Virus record (IMG/VR): IMGVR_UViG_3300030117_004272
Coordinates: 1-64,000 of that record
Direction: 5' to 3' (one strand)
DNA length: 64,000 nt
Origin: a virus
Made by a program: the position numbers and the translations under genes. The notes under the pieces were generated by a model that worked only from the letters and a program-made list of their open reading frames with translations, made no database searches and was not told where the DNA came from. Every line of letters starts with the position of its first letter. The first letter of the stretch is position 1. This document shows, in pieces, positions 18,609-29,154 of this stretch.

Positions 18609-21600
18609 TTAGCTATAGATATTATAATGTGAATTAATGTTAGATTCGATGCCTGACTGATTGCCGTGTTGATCAGAGTCGTACCAGATCATCTCGGAAA
18701 ACTTTACGTCTTCTAGGTTCCAAGAGTTATTTGAACCGAACGTAAATCCTATATTTACAGACGGCCAACCAATGGTTAATGCACTTCTGTGATAAACAAG
18801 TTTTCGCCCTTTTATTGCTTCGTATACAGCATCTTGATTGTTTTGGGTAGGTTCAGATCCGTTAACCTCTAAAACTGGATTTCCATAAGCAGAACTAAGG
18901 TTAGTGGCTGATGTTTGCTCGTCAAATGCAGGAAAACCAAAATAAGATCCTGCACCACTCGAAGGGTAAATAAACTTAGTATCATTAGCATCATGAACGA
19001 AGAAAGCGTCTAAGTCGGTTATACCAGTTAATCCATGTATAGTAAGCGACCTTTGAGGAGCACCTGTAATAAAGTCCCAAGCAGGATGCCCACCTGACTT
19101 TATTAAGTCTCCTCCGCTAACTATCTGAGGCTGATTAGCAGCAGTATCTTGAACTGCATGGCAGTTGTTTCCTGTCTGATCGTAGAGCTTTGTGACGTAG
19201 CCAGTAACTCCTAGCTTTTTAATTTTGATGTTGTCTATAAGAAATACGCCATCACCCTCTGTACCCTTAAATGAAAAGAACAAATCGTTACGGTGACCAA
19301 CACTTGAAGTTAGCTCCGTAATTGTGTTTTCAAATGAATGCGATTGGGAACCTGATAAAACAACATTATCTGAATCATTGTGTGTATTTAAAAATCCTTT
19401 TGCTGCATTGCCTCCATCAGCAAAACCAAGTCCTTTTAAAGTGACAGTTCCACTAATTAGTTTTGTATCGAAGGTAACTCTATATTTTGTACCAATCTCA
19501 GCGTCTTCAGACATAGATCCAGTGCTTGTTGTATACAGTCTAGGATAAGAACTATTGTTTCCTCCTGTAATAGCAACTTTGAGTGATTGAGTTCCACTAA
19601 TTGGATTTGTTGTCTCAGCCGACAAGACCGCATCGCCTATAGTTGATGTTCCTGATTTTCCTATTTCAGATATACCATCCTCAAAGTCTATATCCATCAA
19701 ACCTACATCAAAGTGATTCATCATATTCTGCTCGATGGGGAACCGCTTTGGCGATGAATCCATGTTCGGGAAGAAGACCATCTCGGATAACTTGCCTTGG
19801 TAATTCAAACTAGATCCTGCTGAATTGTTCCAGCCCATCTGAAATGTAGTAAATGAGCTTGTTGTTCCTCCAGTTATTGAAAACAAACTAAAGTTTTGTA
19901 ATCCGTCGTGAACATCGTTTCGCGTCGCATTGGCAGCTAATTCTACCCCATTAATAAACTCTGATGGTGTCCCAAAGCCATTATTAATCGTTTGTGATGA
20001 GTTATCATCGTCAAATATTAATCCATACTTAGCACTGTCATTTCCACTTAACAATACTTGTGAATCATCCGCAGCAAGATCTGGCTCAATGACTATGTAC
20101 GAGTCCAGTCTGTTCTGTCCTGCTAGGTTAGAGTTAATCAAATTATCATTACCATCAAAGTAAACAGAAGCCTTGCCACCGCTATCGGTAACGAGTTCGC
20201 CCCCCATCACTATACGAGGCTGATTATCTGCTGTGTTTTGAGTGAAGTCCTCACCTCCTGCTTGGTCATACCAGTTAACCACATTAACATCGCCAGTAAG
20301 GGCTGTGCCTGTTGTGGCTTGAAATGTTTTTAAGGAATTAGTGTTCAATTGCGATCCCCATTGAATAATACCTTTTGTCGTGTCTCCTGCGTATGCAGAA
20401 TGACTGCCATTGGTTTGAGCAACATTTATTCGTACTGCACCTAAATACGATCCACTTGTATCTACATTTGCCGAAGTTGTAAACTTCATGCTTATTCGAT
20501 ACCAGTCATTACCTTCATCGCTTATTGAGGACTCTAGACCTGTTGAAGTTTGATCAGAAATAACAGTTCCATTGGTTAAATCAAAAGCAGCAAAAAATAC
20601 ATCGATCATTGTATTCGATGAGTTTCGTTGCCATGTAAAAAGTTTTACATTTCCGCCATTTACCGACTTGATATATGTTGAAAACACATAGGTCTGACTT
20701 GGTTGCATCTGCATATAGTCAACCAATGCATGTTCCTGAGTTGTGGCTGTCTCTAACAGCTTGAAGGCATCTTGACTTCCTGTTGGTGAAGTTTCGGTGC
20801 TACTTGCTTCACTCAAAGTTGATCCTGCATTCCAAGAGGTTCCTGATTGTCCTGATGTGTAAGTGCTGCGGATTATCAAATTCTCAAGTCCGCTGAACTC
20901 TCCAAGAGTAGTCGCATCGGTGCTGTGATGCGTTGAGACTATTACGGGCGTTTGAGAATAGGTGCTTGGTGATTCTTTAGGTAGTTCTGTAACAGTTACA
21001 TCGTCAACATAGAAAGTTTTAGTATCACCTGATGTGAAGAATGATAAATAAGTAGCAACTCCTCCTGACGCAGTCGCAATCGCATCATAGGTAATGTTAG
21101 TCCACTGACCTTCCGTAACTGCTCTGCTAGTAAATACGCTCTGATCTGTGTTACCTAGCCCTGATTGAATGTTGGCACTTCCTCCTCCATCAACAGCGTA
21201 GATCCAAGCTGATATTCGGTATTTATTCCCTGCTGTCAAGTCCAGTCCATTACTACCGCCTTGAGCAGATTGTGTTCCCTTGCCACTAGCTGTCGAAGTA
21301 ACTTTACGACTGTAAGTTCCACTTCGGACTTGTTCAGTAGATTGCGTTTGAGTGACAGGACTTCCAAAATCATTCCAAGATGTGTCTAGTTCAAAGTCTC
21401 CATTATATAAAATATTTGATCCAGAAGATGCGTAGACTGTTTGCTCCAACTGTGCTCCGAAGACATCTATCTCATCTCCATTGGTATCAACTCTAATGCT
21501 AAAGTGCGTGTTTCCTAAATAATTATCGGTGCGACTCACCCTTGTCCACTCATTGGTAACAGTCACTACTTGAGTACCAAGATAATTGACCAGTCTTATA

Positions 21601-24404
21601 TCTCCTGTTCCTGTCCTCCGTCTTATGTAAACTGAATATGTATGTTGACCTGCTGAAAGGTTTGCGTTCAATAAACATTTTTGATTAGTACCACTGCTCG
21701 TCAACGTCCAAGCGTTATTACCGCCAAATGGATCTGCAACCCCCGAAGCTCTGGATAAGTCGCTGTCTAAAGTCCACTCACCAAAGTCCTCACTGAACCC
21801 AAGAAGGTTTTGACTAGATCCTTTTATACTAGAGGAAAGTGAAATTTCATCATTGCCATCCGCATAAAGTTCTGCCTCTGTGTTATCTTGCCTCCGAATT
21901 CTCATCAAAGGTTTACCTTTGTAATCAGCATTAATGAGACGAGTAGAGAAGCCAGTTCCTATTGGGTTGACCTCTTTGACTGAGATGTTGCTCACATTGT
22001 ACACGACTCCATTTTGGGCAAAGAAAGACATATTACCATTGGCAATAGCCTGTGTGAATGTTACAGAGTAGCCTCCATTTGCTGTAATAGACTGAATCGT
22101 TGTCCCATCGTGGTTAAAGACGTTGGCCGATCCTCCATTGGCAACGTATGAATCTACTGTAAAGGTAAGCGTATATTTTTTACTTTTAACTAATACATCT
22201 TGAAGTATCGAAGAGGCATCTGATGATGAATCTAATTCAGCTCTATTACTTGTTGTGTTAATCGTTGCGTTTGTTGTTGTCCAATCACTGTCAGTAGTAA
22301 AACCTCCATTAGTTACCATCTCATCAGCTTCGACACTCACATCGAGTGGTAAGGTTGTTTGCTTCTCGGATTTAAAATCATTCTCTAACTCACCATTACT
22401 CACTTGGGCTGCTGTATAATCTGCCTCGAAGCTATCGTATTCTCTTCTGATGCGAGTTACTGGACTTTTATCAAAGTCTGTTAATGCCCTTAGTGAGTGA
22501 GCAGCTTTGGCTCCCTTAAATTTCTGGAGAATCTTGTCGCTATCGGTGAGCTTCTGGACTTGTGTGTTGCTCTTTTTCTTATTGAAGTATCGAAGTCTGC
22601 GTATCCAACCACCAAAAACCGATACTGTTCCTGACCCATAGTTATCAGAACCGATGTTTAATGCGTTTAATCCAGTTGGCAAAGTATCTGTATCTTCAGC
22701 ACCACTACTTGCATCAAGAGTAACATAATGACTGTTTGCTTTATAGGATTGTCCTAAACGTGCAACTTCACCTGTATTTAGTTTAATGTTTTTAGCTATG
22801 AGGCTCCCTTGATCCGAACCTCCTGATATAATTTGACCACGAGGTTCTTGTCCTGATGCTGCGTTCAGCCAAGCTGTTATCCTATTTGTGTTTGATCCGT
22901 TATGAAAAGAATAAAATCTATTGAAGTTTGTGTCCTCCCAACCCTTTGGCAACTGAACATCAGCAACAATAGTACCCTCAGTATCTTTAAAGAATCCATC
23001 GAACGCTGTACCAGAGACACTCGCTACATCCGCAGCACGAACAGTCGTAGAAGCCCCATAGGATGGAATAAAACTAGATGGGAAGGCTCCAATTTCCAAC
23101 TGACCAAATGCCAAGTACACGCCAGAAAGGCCGTCTCCTGTGTAAATCATACTTGCATTATCACCTGTAGCCAAACCGACTTGCAGCCTTTCTGCGTCAT
23201 TTCTACCTGCTGGAGTAAGTCTTGTTACAGAACACCTATACCAACCATTTCCGTAATCTTCTATCTTAGCTGTGACTCCTGTATTTACTGTTCCTAATAT
23301 ACCTTTATCTAAATCAAAGTAAGCTCCTAAGTTATCCGTTCCGTCATAGTGTTGGATTTTGATAAAGCTCATCTCTGCTTTTTTAGCAAAGATTGATCTA
23401 GTGTGTACTGATCCGTTGGTAAAATGAGTGCTTATTGCGTTGAAAGCCGATTGGTATATGTTTCCGTTACCTGATGGGCTTTGAACTAGCTTTCTTGTTT
23501 CGTATGCCCCTGATGGGTCTTGAATGTCTCCTGCTGTTGCTATTGTGACTCCAGTTCCCTTGTTTGGTAGTCCTGAGTTGAGGTCTATTGAGTGAGTTAC
23601 ATATTGAGTCCTCGCCTCTTCAATCAAAAGCCCCTTGCTGTTGCCGTCTTTGTCGTAGTCGAAGCGAGGTGCGTGTTCTGCACCACCTGACGATTTTAGG
23701 TAAGCAGAGGGAGAAGAGTTTTTGTCGAAAGTCTGTTCCGACATTGCCCCAAACATATAAAGACCATCATTTACAGTACCAGTAAAGCTATTGGCTCTTG
23801 ATGCTGTAGGGCTAACGCATAAAGAAAATGTCGGCTGAATGTTTCCCGATGCACTTGTCGTGTCAGCTAAACTGCATCGATACCATCCGTCTGTTCCTAT
23901 CTTTTCTATTTTAGCAACACATCCTCCACCTGTAGCAGTTACCGCTCCGTTTGTTAAATCAAAGTTTGCGTGATTGTTTCCTCCTGCCATCGTTACATTT
24001 CCAAGAATAAGTTGGAGAACACTTATTTCTTTCGCTTTTGCATATACAGAAAAAATATAAGTACCACCATTAACAACTGCATGGCTGTCGAGAATGAGTT
24101 TGGTGTTAGACGCTGAACTTGTCTGCTTAACAAAATAAGATCCAGTTCCACCAAACGGGTCGGTTATGGCTGAAGCTGATGCGTCTACATTATACTTAAC
24201 CCAATCCGAAAGGTTAAACGCCTCTGAATAGGGAAGTAGGTTGTTTGGAGCAAACTTAATGTACCCATCTGAACCAGTTTGGGTAGCATTACTATCCCTG
24301 CTGAAGTCTATGTCAGAATGCAGGAACCCTTTAAGAAAGTTATAATCCCTTCTTAAATCACCTAGACCACTAGATGAAGTTAGCTTTGTGCCTAAACCTA
24401 ACAT
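18609..24404 (-). CDS. Large fibre/spike adhesin with multiple carbohydrate-binding-like beta-sandwich domains
   Basis: 1931 aa, S/T/G/N-rich. Repeated DPFGG, GWYRCS and NGxF..D..W modules, GLLIEEARTQ, and ConA/AbfB-catalytic-like halves (SLR...RIRR; WYDQ...QP.IV). Confidence 0.75.
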   Translation of the reverse strand: MLGLGTKLTSSSGLGDLRRDYNFLKGFLHSDIDFSRDSNATQTGSDGYIKFAPNNLLPYSEAFNLSDWVKYNVDASASAITDPFGGTGSYFVKQTSSASNTKLILDSHAVVNGGTYIFSVYAKAKEISVLQLILGNVTMAGGNNHANFDLTNGAVTATGGGCVAKIEKIGTDGWYRCSLADTTSASGNIQPTFSLCVSPTASRANSFTGTVNDGLYMFGAMSEQTFDKNSSPSAYLKSSGGAEHAPRFDYDKDGNSKGLLIEEARTQYVTHSIDLNSGLPNKGTGVTIATAGDIQDPSGAYETRKLVQSPSGNGNIYQSAFNAISTHFTNGSVHTRSIFAKKAEMSFIKIQHYDGTDNLGAYFDLDKGILGTVNTGVTAKIEDYGNGWYRCSVTRLTPAGRNDAERLQVGLATGDNASMIYTGDGLSGVYLAFGQLEIGAFPSSFIPSYGASTTVRAADVASVSGTAFDGFFKDTEGTIVADVQLPKGWEDTNFNRFYSFHNGSNTNRITAWLNAASGQEPRGQIISGGSDQGSLIAKNIKLNTGEVARLGQSYKANSHYVTLDASSGAEDTDTLPTGLNALNIGSDNYGSGTVSVFGGWIRRLRYFNKKKSNTQVQKLTDSDKILQKFKGAKAAHSLRALTDFDKSPVTRIRREYDSFEADYTAAQVSNGELENDFKSEKQTTLPLDVSVEADEMVTNGGFTTDSDWTTTNATINTTSNRAELDSSSDASSILQDVLVKSKKYTLTFTVDSYVANGGSANVFNHDGTTIQSITANGGYSVTFTQAIANGNMSFFAQNGVVYNVSNISVKEVNPIGTGFSTRLINADYKGKPLMRIRRQDNTEAELYADGNDEISLSSSIKGSSQNLLGFSEDFGEWTLDSDLSRASGVADPFGGNNAWTLTSSGTNQKCLLNANLSAGQHTYSVYIRRRTGTGDIRLVNYLGTQVVTVTNEWTRVSRTDNYLGNTHFSIRVDTNGDEIDVFGAQLEQTVYASSGSNILYNGDFELDTSWNDFGSPVTQTQSTEQVRSGTYSRKVTSTASGKGTQSAQGGSNGLDLTAGNKYRISAWIYAVDGGGSANIQSGLGNTDQSVFTSRAVTEGQWTNITYDAIATASGGVATYLSFFTSGDTKTFYVDDVTVTELPKESPSTYSQTPVIVSTHHSTDATTLGEFSGLENLIIRSTYTSGQSGTSWNAGSTLSEASSTETSPTGSQDAFKLLETATTQEHALVDYMQMQPSQTYVFSTYIKSVNGGNVKLFTWQRNSSNTMIDVFFAAFDLTNGTVISDQTSTGLESSISDEGNDWYRISMKFTTSANVDTSGSYLGAVRINVAQTNGSHSAYAGDTTKGIIQWGSQLNTNSLKTFQATTGTALTGDVNVVNWYDQAGGEDFTQNTADNQPRIVMGGELVTDSGGKASVYFDGNDNLINSNLAGQNRLDSYIVIEPDLAADDSQVLLSGNDSAKYGLIFDDDNSSQTINNGFGTPSEFINGVELAANATRNDVHDGLQNFSLFSITGGTTSSFTTFQMGWNNSAGSSLNYQGKLSEMVFFPNMDSSPKRFPIEQNMMNHFDVGLMDIDFEDGISEIGKSGTSTIGDAVLSAETTNPISGTQSLKVAITGGNNSSYPRLYTTSTGSMSEDAEIGTKYRVTFDTKLISGTVTLKGLGFADGGNAAKGFLNTHNDSDNVVLSGSQSHSFENTITELTSSVGHRNDLFFSFKGTEGDGVFLIDNIKIKKLGVTGYVTKLYDQTGNNCHAVQDTAANQPQIVSGGDLIKSGGHPAWDFITGAPQRSLTIHGLTGITDLDAFFVHDANDTKFIYPSSGAGSYFGFPAFDEQTSATNLSSAYGNPVLEVNGSEPTQNNQDAVYEAIKGRKLVYHRSALTIGWPSVNIGFTFGSNNSWNLEDVKFSEMIWYDSDQHGNQSGIESNINSHYNIYS

Positions 24405-24407
24405 CTA

Positions 24408-24662
24408 CTATGCAGCTTTGTATGCTAATACTTTCCCTGAAGTCAATGTAAATGCTGTAATCTGCCCATAAATAGTGAACCCAGCAGAAAAGGTAACACC
24501 AGTTATAGTATCACCATCTAACTCAGGCCAAGTAAGAGCAGAAAATACAGTATCCTCAACCATTGTAATAGCGCAAAATTCTCCAGTAATGGCTGTTGTG
24601 CCAGATTCAAAAGTTGCACCCTCTTGTCCAAAGGATTGTTTTTCTATGTTGTTTGTTGCCAT
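24408..24662 (-). CDS. Small beta-rich virion protein
   Basis: 84 aa ending TLTSGKVLAY, directly upstream of the fibre gene. Confidence 0.6.
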   Translation of the reverse strand: MATNNIEKQSFGQEGATFESGTTAITGEFCAITMVEDTVFSALTWPELDGDTITGVTFSAGFTIYGQITAFTLTSGKVLAYKAA

Positions 24663-24688
24663 AATTATTTAGTTTATTATAAAATTGT

Positions 24689-25375
24689 TTAATACATCCC
24701 CCTCATTCCTGAACCTGTTCCTTCGGGTGCTATGTGTACTTTAGGTCTTGAACCCCCTCTGTAAGAATCAAGATCAGAATCTATCTGTCTTTTACACACA
24801 CCCCAATGGTACTCAGCACGTTGAATATCAGCGTTATCTTCAGCTAATTTACCTAACAGCCCATGCTTTATTATAGAAGAGTCATTCGGAATAAATACTA
24901 AATGAGAATCTATTGCTACATCAACGAACTTTCTTTTCATCAAAAGCGTAGCTTTTGTATCTGAATCTACTGGAGATATTCTATATCTTCTCCTACCCCC
25001 TGCTCCAGAATACCCATCGTCGAACACTCCAGACATCAAAGATGTTACATCAGAAGATGCTGTCTGCGAGGGCTCTCCAAATAATCTGTAGTCATGCCAA
25101 ACAGCATATAAAACAGCAGGGCTATCATCTAAAATAGCAGTTAATACAGCATCATACCCAACGCCTGTAGAAGCATCATCAGCAGGTAATGTGAAATAAC
25201 CACTACTAACATCTTGTTCTTCTAAAGTAGTCATCATATCACGCCAAAAACCCATATGATAAATACGAGGCATAATCTCATTTAAAGCCTTATACCAATC
25301 AGCATCTGTTGCAGCTCCTGCATCCAGATATTGACCATATTTTGACTTTAAATTTCCTACTTGTGCGGTTGGCAT
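24689..25375 (-). CDS. Putative head-tail adaptor / tail tubular protein
   Basis: Size, position and helix-beta-helix pattern; inference only. Confidence 0.45.
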   Translation of the reverse strand: MPTAQVGNLKSKYGQYLDAGAATDADWYKALNEIMPRIYHMGFWRDMMTTLEEQDVSSGYFTLPADDASTGVGYDAVLTAILDDSPAVLYAVWHDYRLFGEPSQTASSDVTSLMSGVFDDGYSGAGGRRRYRISPVDSDTKATLLMKRKFVDVAIDSHLVFIPNDSSIIKHGLLGKLAEDNADIQRAEYHWGVCKRQIDSDLDSYRGGSRPKVHIAPEGTGSGMRGMY

Positions 25376-25406
25376 ATTGATAAATATAAGGTGAATTTCA
25401 AGTAAT

Positions 25407-26738
25407 TCAAGGCGATGATACTTCAGGTAAAACCGTCATACTCCAGTTAATATTGCTGAATTGTTTTTGATCTACAGTAGCTCCATTAACAGAGCCTATC
25501 TTTTGGTGAAAAGTTCCTGTTAACTCAGTTCTTTCTAAAGCTTTAGTTGATCCATTTTGAGTTAGGGCTCCAAATGGAATATCTGCGGGTGCTCCTGCAC
25601 CAACCGCAACACGCTCTATGCTTCCTACTATAGTTTGAACCGCAGCAGCTTCACTTATAGTTATTACCCATTTTACGTAAAAATCTCCACTAGAATGAGC
25701 AGTCTCGTGATACTTGAATATTGTATCTGTCTCATCATCAAACTGTAAGGTTTTATTGAATGTACCTGCGAAGTTTGTAGGTACAGGAGATACAGGGGCT
25801 TGGGCTTGGCCTGTAATAGCTACAAACTTATGATCTACTGATGAGTTACTGTTTGTTCCTGATGTATTTATTATACCTGCTGAACTATATAAACCACCTG
25901 TCTGCCCTGTTAAGGTGTGTGAATGATCATCTTTGTTATATTTGTGTGTATGGGAAGATTCATTAGCTAAAGTTCCTGAGACATTAGACGAAGGGGGAGA
26001 TGTAGCTATTCCTCCTGTATTACCTGTTATATCTTCAGGTGCTGGTGGACTACCACCAAAACCATCTACGTTCCCTGTGCTTCCTCCTAAGTCATGGGTA
26101 TGATCTCCACCATCATAAGATCCTCCACTTGTCGGATCGCCTGTTGTGTTGGGTAACGAGTGAGTGTGTTGTCTGAACTTTAGTTGTTGAGCACTTCCTG
26201 CTCCAGAACCTCCACTAGTATGATAGTGATCTGCAACTGTAGCGGATAACCCAGTAACACCATGAGTGTGATCCGTACCACTTCCTGTATCTCCTTCTGT
26301 TATATCCGTACCTGTTTTTGCGGCTGCTGTTCCTCCTTGATTGTGTGAGTGGTCAGGCATTGCATAACTTCCTGCGCTATGTGTATGACTAGCTCCAGTA
26401 GTTATAGTTATAATAGCTAACTGAAATGTATCTATCTTAGCATACACGTCACCCTCATAAACCCTAACCTTTGTAGAGTTATCATCAGGATTAGTAAACC
26501 TTTCTAGTTTAAAAGGATGTACGAAAGGAGCAACTAAACCGCCACCTGAATTTGTCCTGCCTGAAGTAGAAACATTTCCTGTAGCCCCTACACCATAATC
26601 AGCATTAGGCTGCGGGGGGTCATAATCACCTCTTGGATTCTTAGATGTAAATTCTATAGACGGATCTTGAGGCGAAGTGTATTCCTGAGAACCACTTGCT
26701 CCTGTATCTGGATAATCACTGAACTCATCAACTGCCAT
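25407..26738 (-). CDS. Fibre-like virion protein with repeated HxH motifs
   Basis: Gly/Thr-rich shaft with about 8 HxH motifs (HTH, HSH, HYH), as in metal-bound trimeric fibre needles. Confidence 0.6.
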   Translation of the reverse strand: MAVDEFSDYPDTGASGSQEYTSPQDPSIEFTSKNPRGDYDPPQPNADYGVGATGNVSTSGRTNSGGGLVAPFVHPFKLERFTNPDDNSTKVRVYEGDVYAKIDTFQLAIITITTGASHTHSAGSYAMPDHSHNQGGTAAAKTGTDITEGDTGSGTDHTHGVTGLSATVADHYHTSGGSGAGSAQQLKFRQHTHSLPNTTGDPTSGGSYDGGDHTHDLGGSTGNVDGFGGSPPAPEDITGNTGGIATSPPSSNVSGTLANESSHTHKYNKDDHSHTLTGQTGGLYSSAGIINTSGTNSNSSVDHKFVAITGQAQAPVSPVPTNFAGTFNKTLQFDDETDTIFKYHETAHSSGDFYVKWVITISEAAAVQTIVGSIERVAVGAGAPADIPFGALTQNGSTKALERTELTGTFHQKIGSVNGATVDQKQFSNINWSMTVLPEVSSP

Positions 26739-28129
26739 TAAGTACCTACTTTTGGAATAAATGCTTTTATCTTCTCTCTAAGAAAGCCACCTCTAAAAGG
26801 TCTTTGGGAATCTTGTATAACTAATTCATCAGGCCAGTCTGTATAGTTCGTAGCATTGTAAGTCCAAGTTGTTCCTTTATATGTGTAAATAGGATGACTT
26901 GTTCCTGTACCAGCTACAATACGAAATCTTTCATGGAGAGTAGGAGGAACGCTAACACTAGCAATAGGAGACTGAAATAAAATTGGCTCAGGGTTCATTG
27001 GCTTAATTAAAGCTAGTTCAGTATCTGAACCATCAGCCGATGTTCCTATACCCCAAGGAGTATCTTTCCAATAAATTTTTACTTCGACCCTAGTTGGTCC
27101 AGAATAAGCACCACGCTTGTATATAGGATATTCAACAGGATCAGCACCTCCATCACGCCTAGTCCAGCGATCAACGACAATGCGATCCAATACAGCGGGC
27201 CAAGAAAAGTTCTGGTAGGTAATGTAGGTATCAACAATGTTGTTTGCATCAGTTTTAATTAATTCACGTTCGGATACAGCGTACCAGTTATCTGATATCT
27301 GTCTGCCTTCACAAAGGACTCCAAACTTATCTAACCCACTTCCAATTTGTATTATCTTAGTGCCAAAGAAAGGAATAGATCCAGTAACAGTAGCTGTTTT
27401 ACCTAAAGCAAATGTCTGAGCCGTGTTCTTAACAGGGTTCATCGCTAATGCATTGTCGGTCTCTCCAAAAATTGTTGTCTTAGTTGGGTTTTCTCCTTTA
27501 TAAAAAATTGTTTCTTTAGAACGTAAAGGCTCATCAAAAGTTTCATCAATATCAACTCTACGAATAGGAACTTTTTTAACGTAAGTTCTTTGCTCTACAA
27601 CATATAAAGAGTCTAACGTTTCATCGCCTGACCGAACCTGCTTCTTTTCAAATAGAACGTAACTAGTATCAGTTCCCTCTAAATGGTATGGGTAAGATGC
27701 TGTCCCTGTATTAAAAGGGTCAGCCGAAGTTGAAGGCATAAAAGTATTTATTGGAGGACTAGTCACTGGATCTGTGTCTTGATATGTACTCCTTAATAAA
27801 ACATACGTTCTTACGACACTATCATAACGAGAAGAACCTACCCCAGCAGCTTGGAACTCCCAATTGTAATCATCTTGGTTTTCCCTATCTTTTATATAAT
27901 AGTAAAGCTGAAATTGACCTTGATCAGTATCTTCATTTTTAATTAGACCTAATTTAAAATTTGGAAAATTAGTTGTGTCAGGATGAGCTGTTCCATAAGC
28001 AGTATCATCCGCAGAAGCAGCAGATCGTAAATTTTTACTAGCGTCTTTCCTCTCAACCACTACAAGATCTGCAACCTTCGGGGTTGAGAACTCAATTATA
28101 CGCTGCCTTCTTGTAGAAGAAATAGCCAT
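26738..28129 (-). CDS. Virion structural protein (tail)
   Basis: 463-aa beta-rich ORF in the morphogenesis operon. Confidence 0.55.
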   Translation of the reverse strand: MAISSTRRQRIIEFSTPKVADLVVVERKDASKNLRSAASADDTAYGTAHPDTTNFPNFKLGLIKNEDTDQGQFQLYYYIKDRENQDDYNWEFQAAGVGSSRYDSVVRTYVLLRSTYQDTDPVTSPPINTFMPSTSADPFNTGTASYPYHLEGTDTSYVLFEKKQVRSGDETLDSLYVVEQRTYVKKVPIRRVDIDETFDEPLRSKETIFYKGENPTKTTIFGETDNALAMNPVKNTAQTFALGKTATVTGSIPFFGTKIIQIGSGLDKFGVLCEGRQISDNWYAVSERELIKTDANNIVDTYITYQNFSWPAVLDRIVVDRWTRRDGGADPVEYPIYKRGAYSGPTRVEVKIYWKDTPWGIGTSADGSDTELALIKPMNPEPILFQSPIASVSVPPTLHERFRIVAGTGTSHPIYTYKGTTWTYNATNYTDWPDELVIQDSQRPFRGGFLREKIKAFIPKVGT

Positions 28130-28132
28130 TTA

Positions 28133-28678
28133 TTATGTCTTGCCTAAAAAAATTACTTTTATTTTGTCCCCTACTACAGAAAAATCAAAGGTAACCGTAC
28201 CTACAGCAGGTTCCCATCGAGGCACGAACAAAGCAGAACGTGGTACTCTTACACCAGAAGTAGTTCCTTCAGAAGATTTTAAAGTTATAGATCCAAACTG
28301 AGCGTGAGTTCCTCCTATTACTACATCTCCTGTGTTAGCAGCTTCAGTTTCATAATATATAGCTACAACTCTATCATCACCACTGGCATCGGAAACATGA
28401 ACCGCATCACCGTTAGCATCTCTAATAGTAGCCCCTAAAGTCTGGCTAACATAAGGAGCTGTACCTGAACCCGTACTTGTTAATTGATTAGTTGCTAAGT
28501 TCCAACTTATTTGATTATCCGCATGTCCTGACTCAATAACAAAATCATACATGTAGTCAGCATCGTCGGACGTAAGAGTTACATCGTTAGTGCCTCCAAT
28601 AGGAATGTTACCTTTTATTCCCGTTGAAGTTAAGTTAGCAGATAACTGCTGAACTAAGTTTAAAGAAGTAAGAGCCAT
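28133..28678 (-). CDS. Virion structural protein
   Basis: 181-aa beta-rich ORF in the operon. Confidence 0.55.
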   Translation of the reverse strand: MALTSLNLVQQLSANLTSTGIKGNIPIGGTNDVTLTSDDADYMYDFVIESGHADNQISWNLATNQLTSTGSGTAPYVSQTLGATIRDANGDAVHVSDASGDDRVVAIYYETEAANTGDVVIGGTHAQFGSITLKSSEGTTSGVRVPRSALFVPRWEPAVGTVTFDFSVVGDKIKVIFLGKT

Positions 28679-29058
28679 TATGCAATCACGGCTGGGTTAT
28701 TAGGATCGTCTCTGTAGACACGAATAGCAAACTCAGTCATCGACATCTCTCCTGACTTTAGCTTCTCAACAGCATCAGGGTCATTTGAAAGAATCTCTTC
28801 TATCTGGGCTAACCTTTGTTGGTCCATAGGAGAAGCAGGATCATAAGATCCACCATAAACGATTTCGTATAATTGCATCATCATACCTTCGTCTGGACCC
28901 GTCATAGGTGTGGCCTCCTCGGTCTGCATTTCTAAAGCTTCGTCCACATTAGAAGCGGTTTCAGGAGCATCTTCTTGAGGAAGAGCCTCCATCAATTTAT
29001 CAATCATGTTGGAAGGATTTTGCTCTGCCATTGCTTCGGGTTGTTCTTGTTCAGCCAT
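28678..29058 (-). CDS. Acidic Met/Glu-rich hypothetical protein
   Basis: 126-aa ORF coupled to the downstream gene. Confidence 0.6.
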   Translation of the reverse strand: MAEQEQPEAMAEQNPSNMIDKLMEALPQEDAPETASNVDEALEMQTEEATPMTGPDEGMMMQLYEIVYGGSYDPASPMDQQRLAQIEEILSNDPDAVEKLKSGEMSMTEFAIRVYRDDPNNPAVIA

Positions 29059-29088
29059 AATTTATTTAGTGTAAAAGATTATAAATAA

Positions 29089-29130
29089 ATAACCCCGATC
29101 CCCTCCTTTTGCAAGAGGATCGGGGATTAT
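29089..29130 (-). terminator. Probable intrinsic terminator
   Basis: Stem CCCCGATCC/GGATCGGGG followed on the minus strand by a T-rich tract. Confidence 0.65.
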
Positions 29131-29154
29131 TGTGATTTGGTATGGTATTACTCT

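Noticed and set aside
18609-24404. Diversity-generating retroelement target
   Set aside because: No reverse transcriptase gene, and I saw no adenine-specific template/variable repeat pair.
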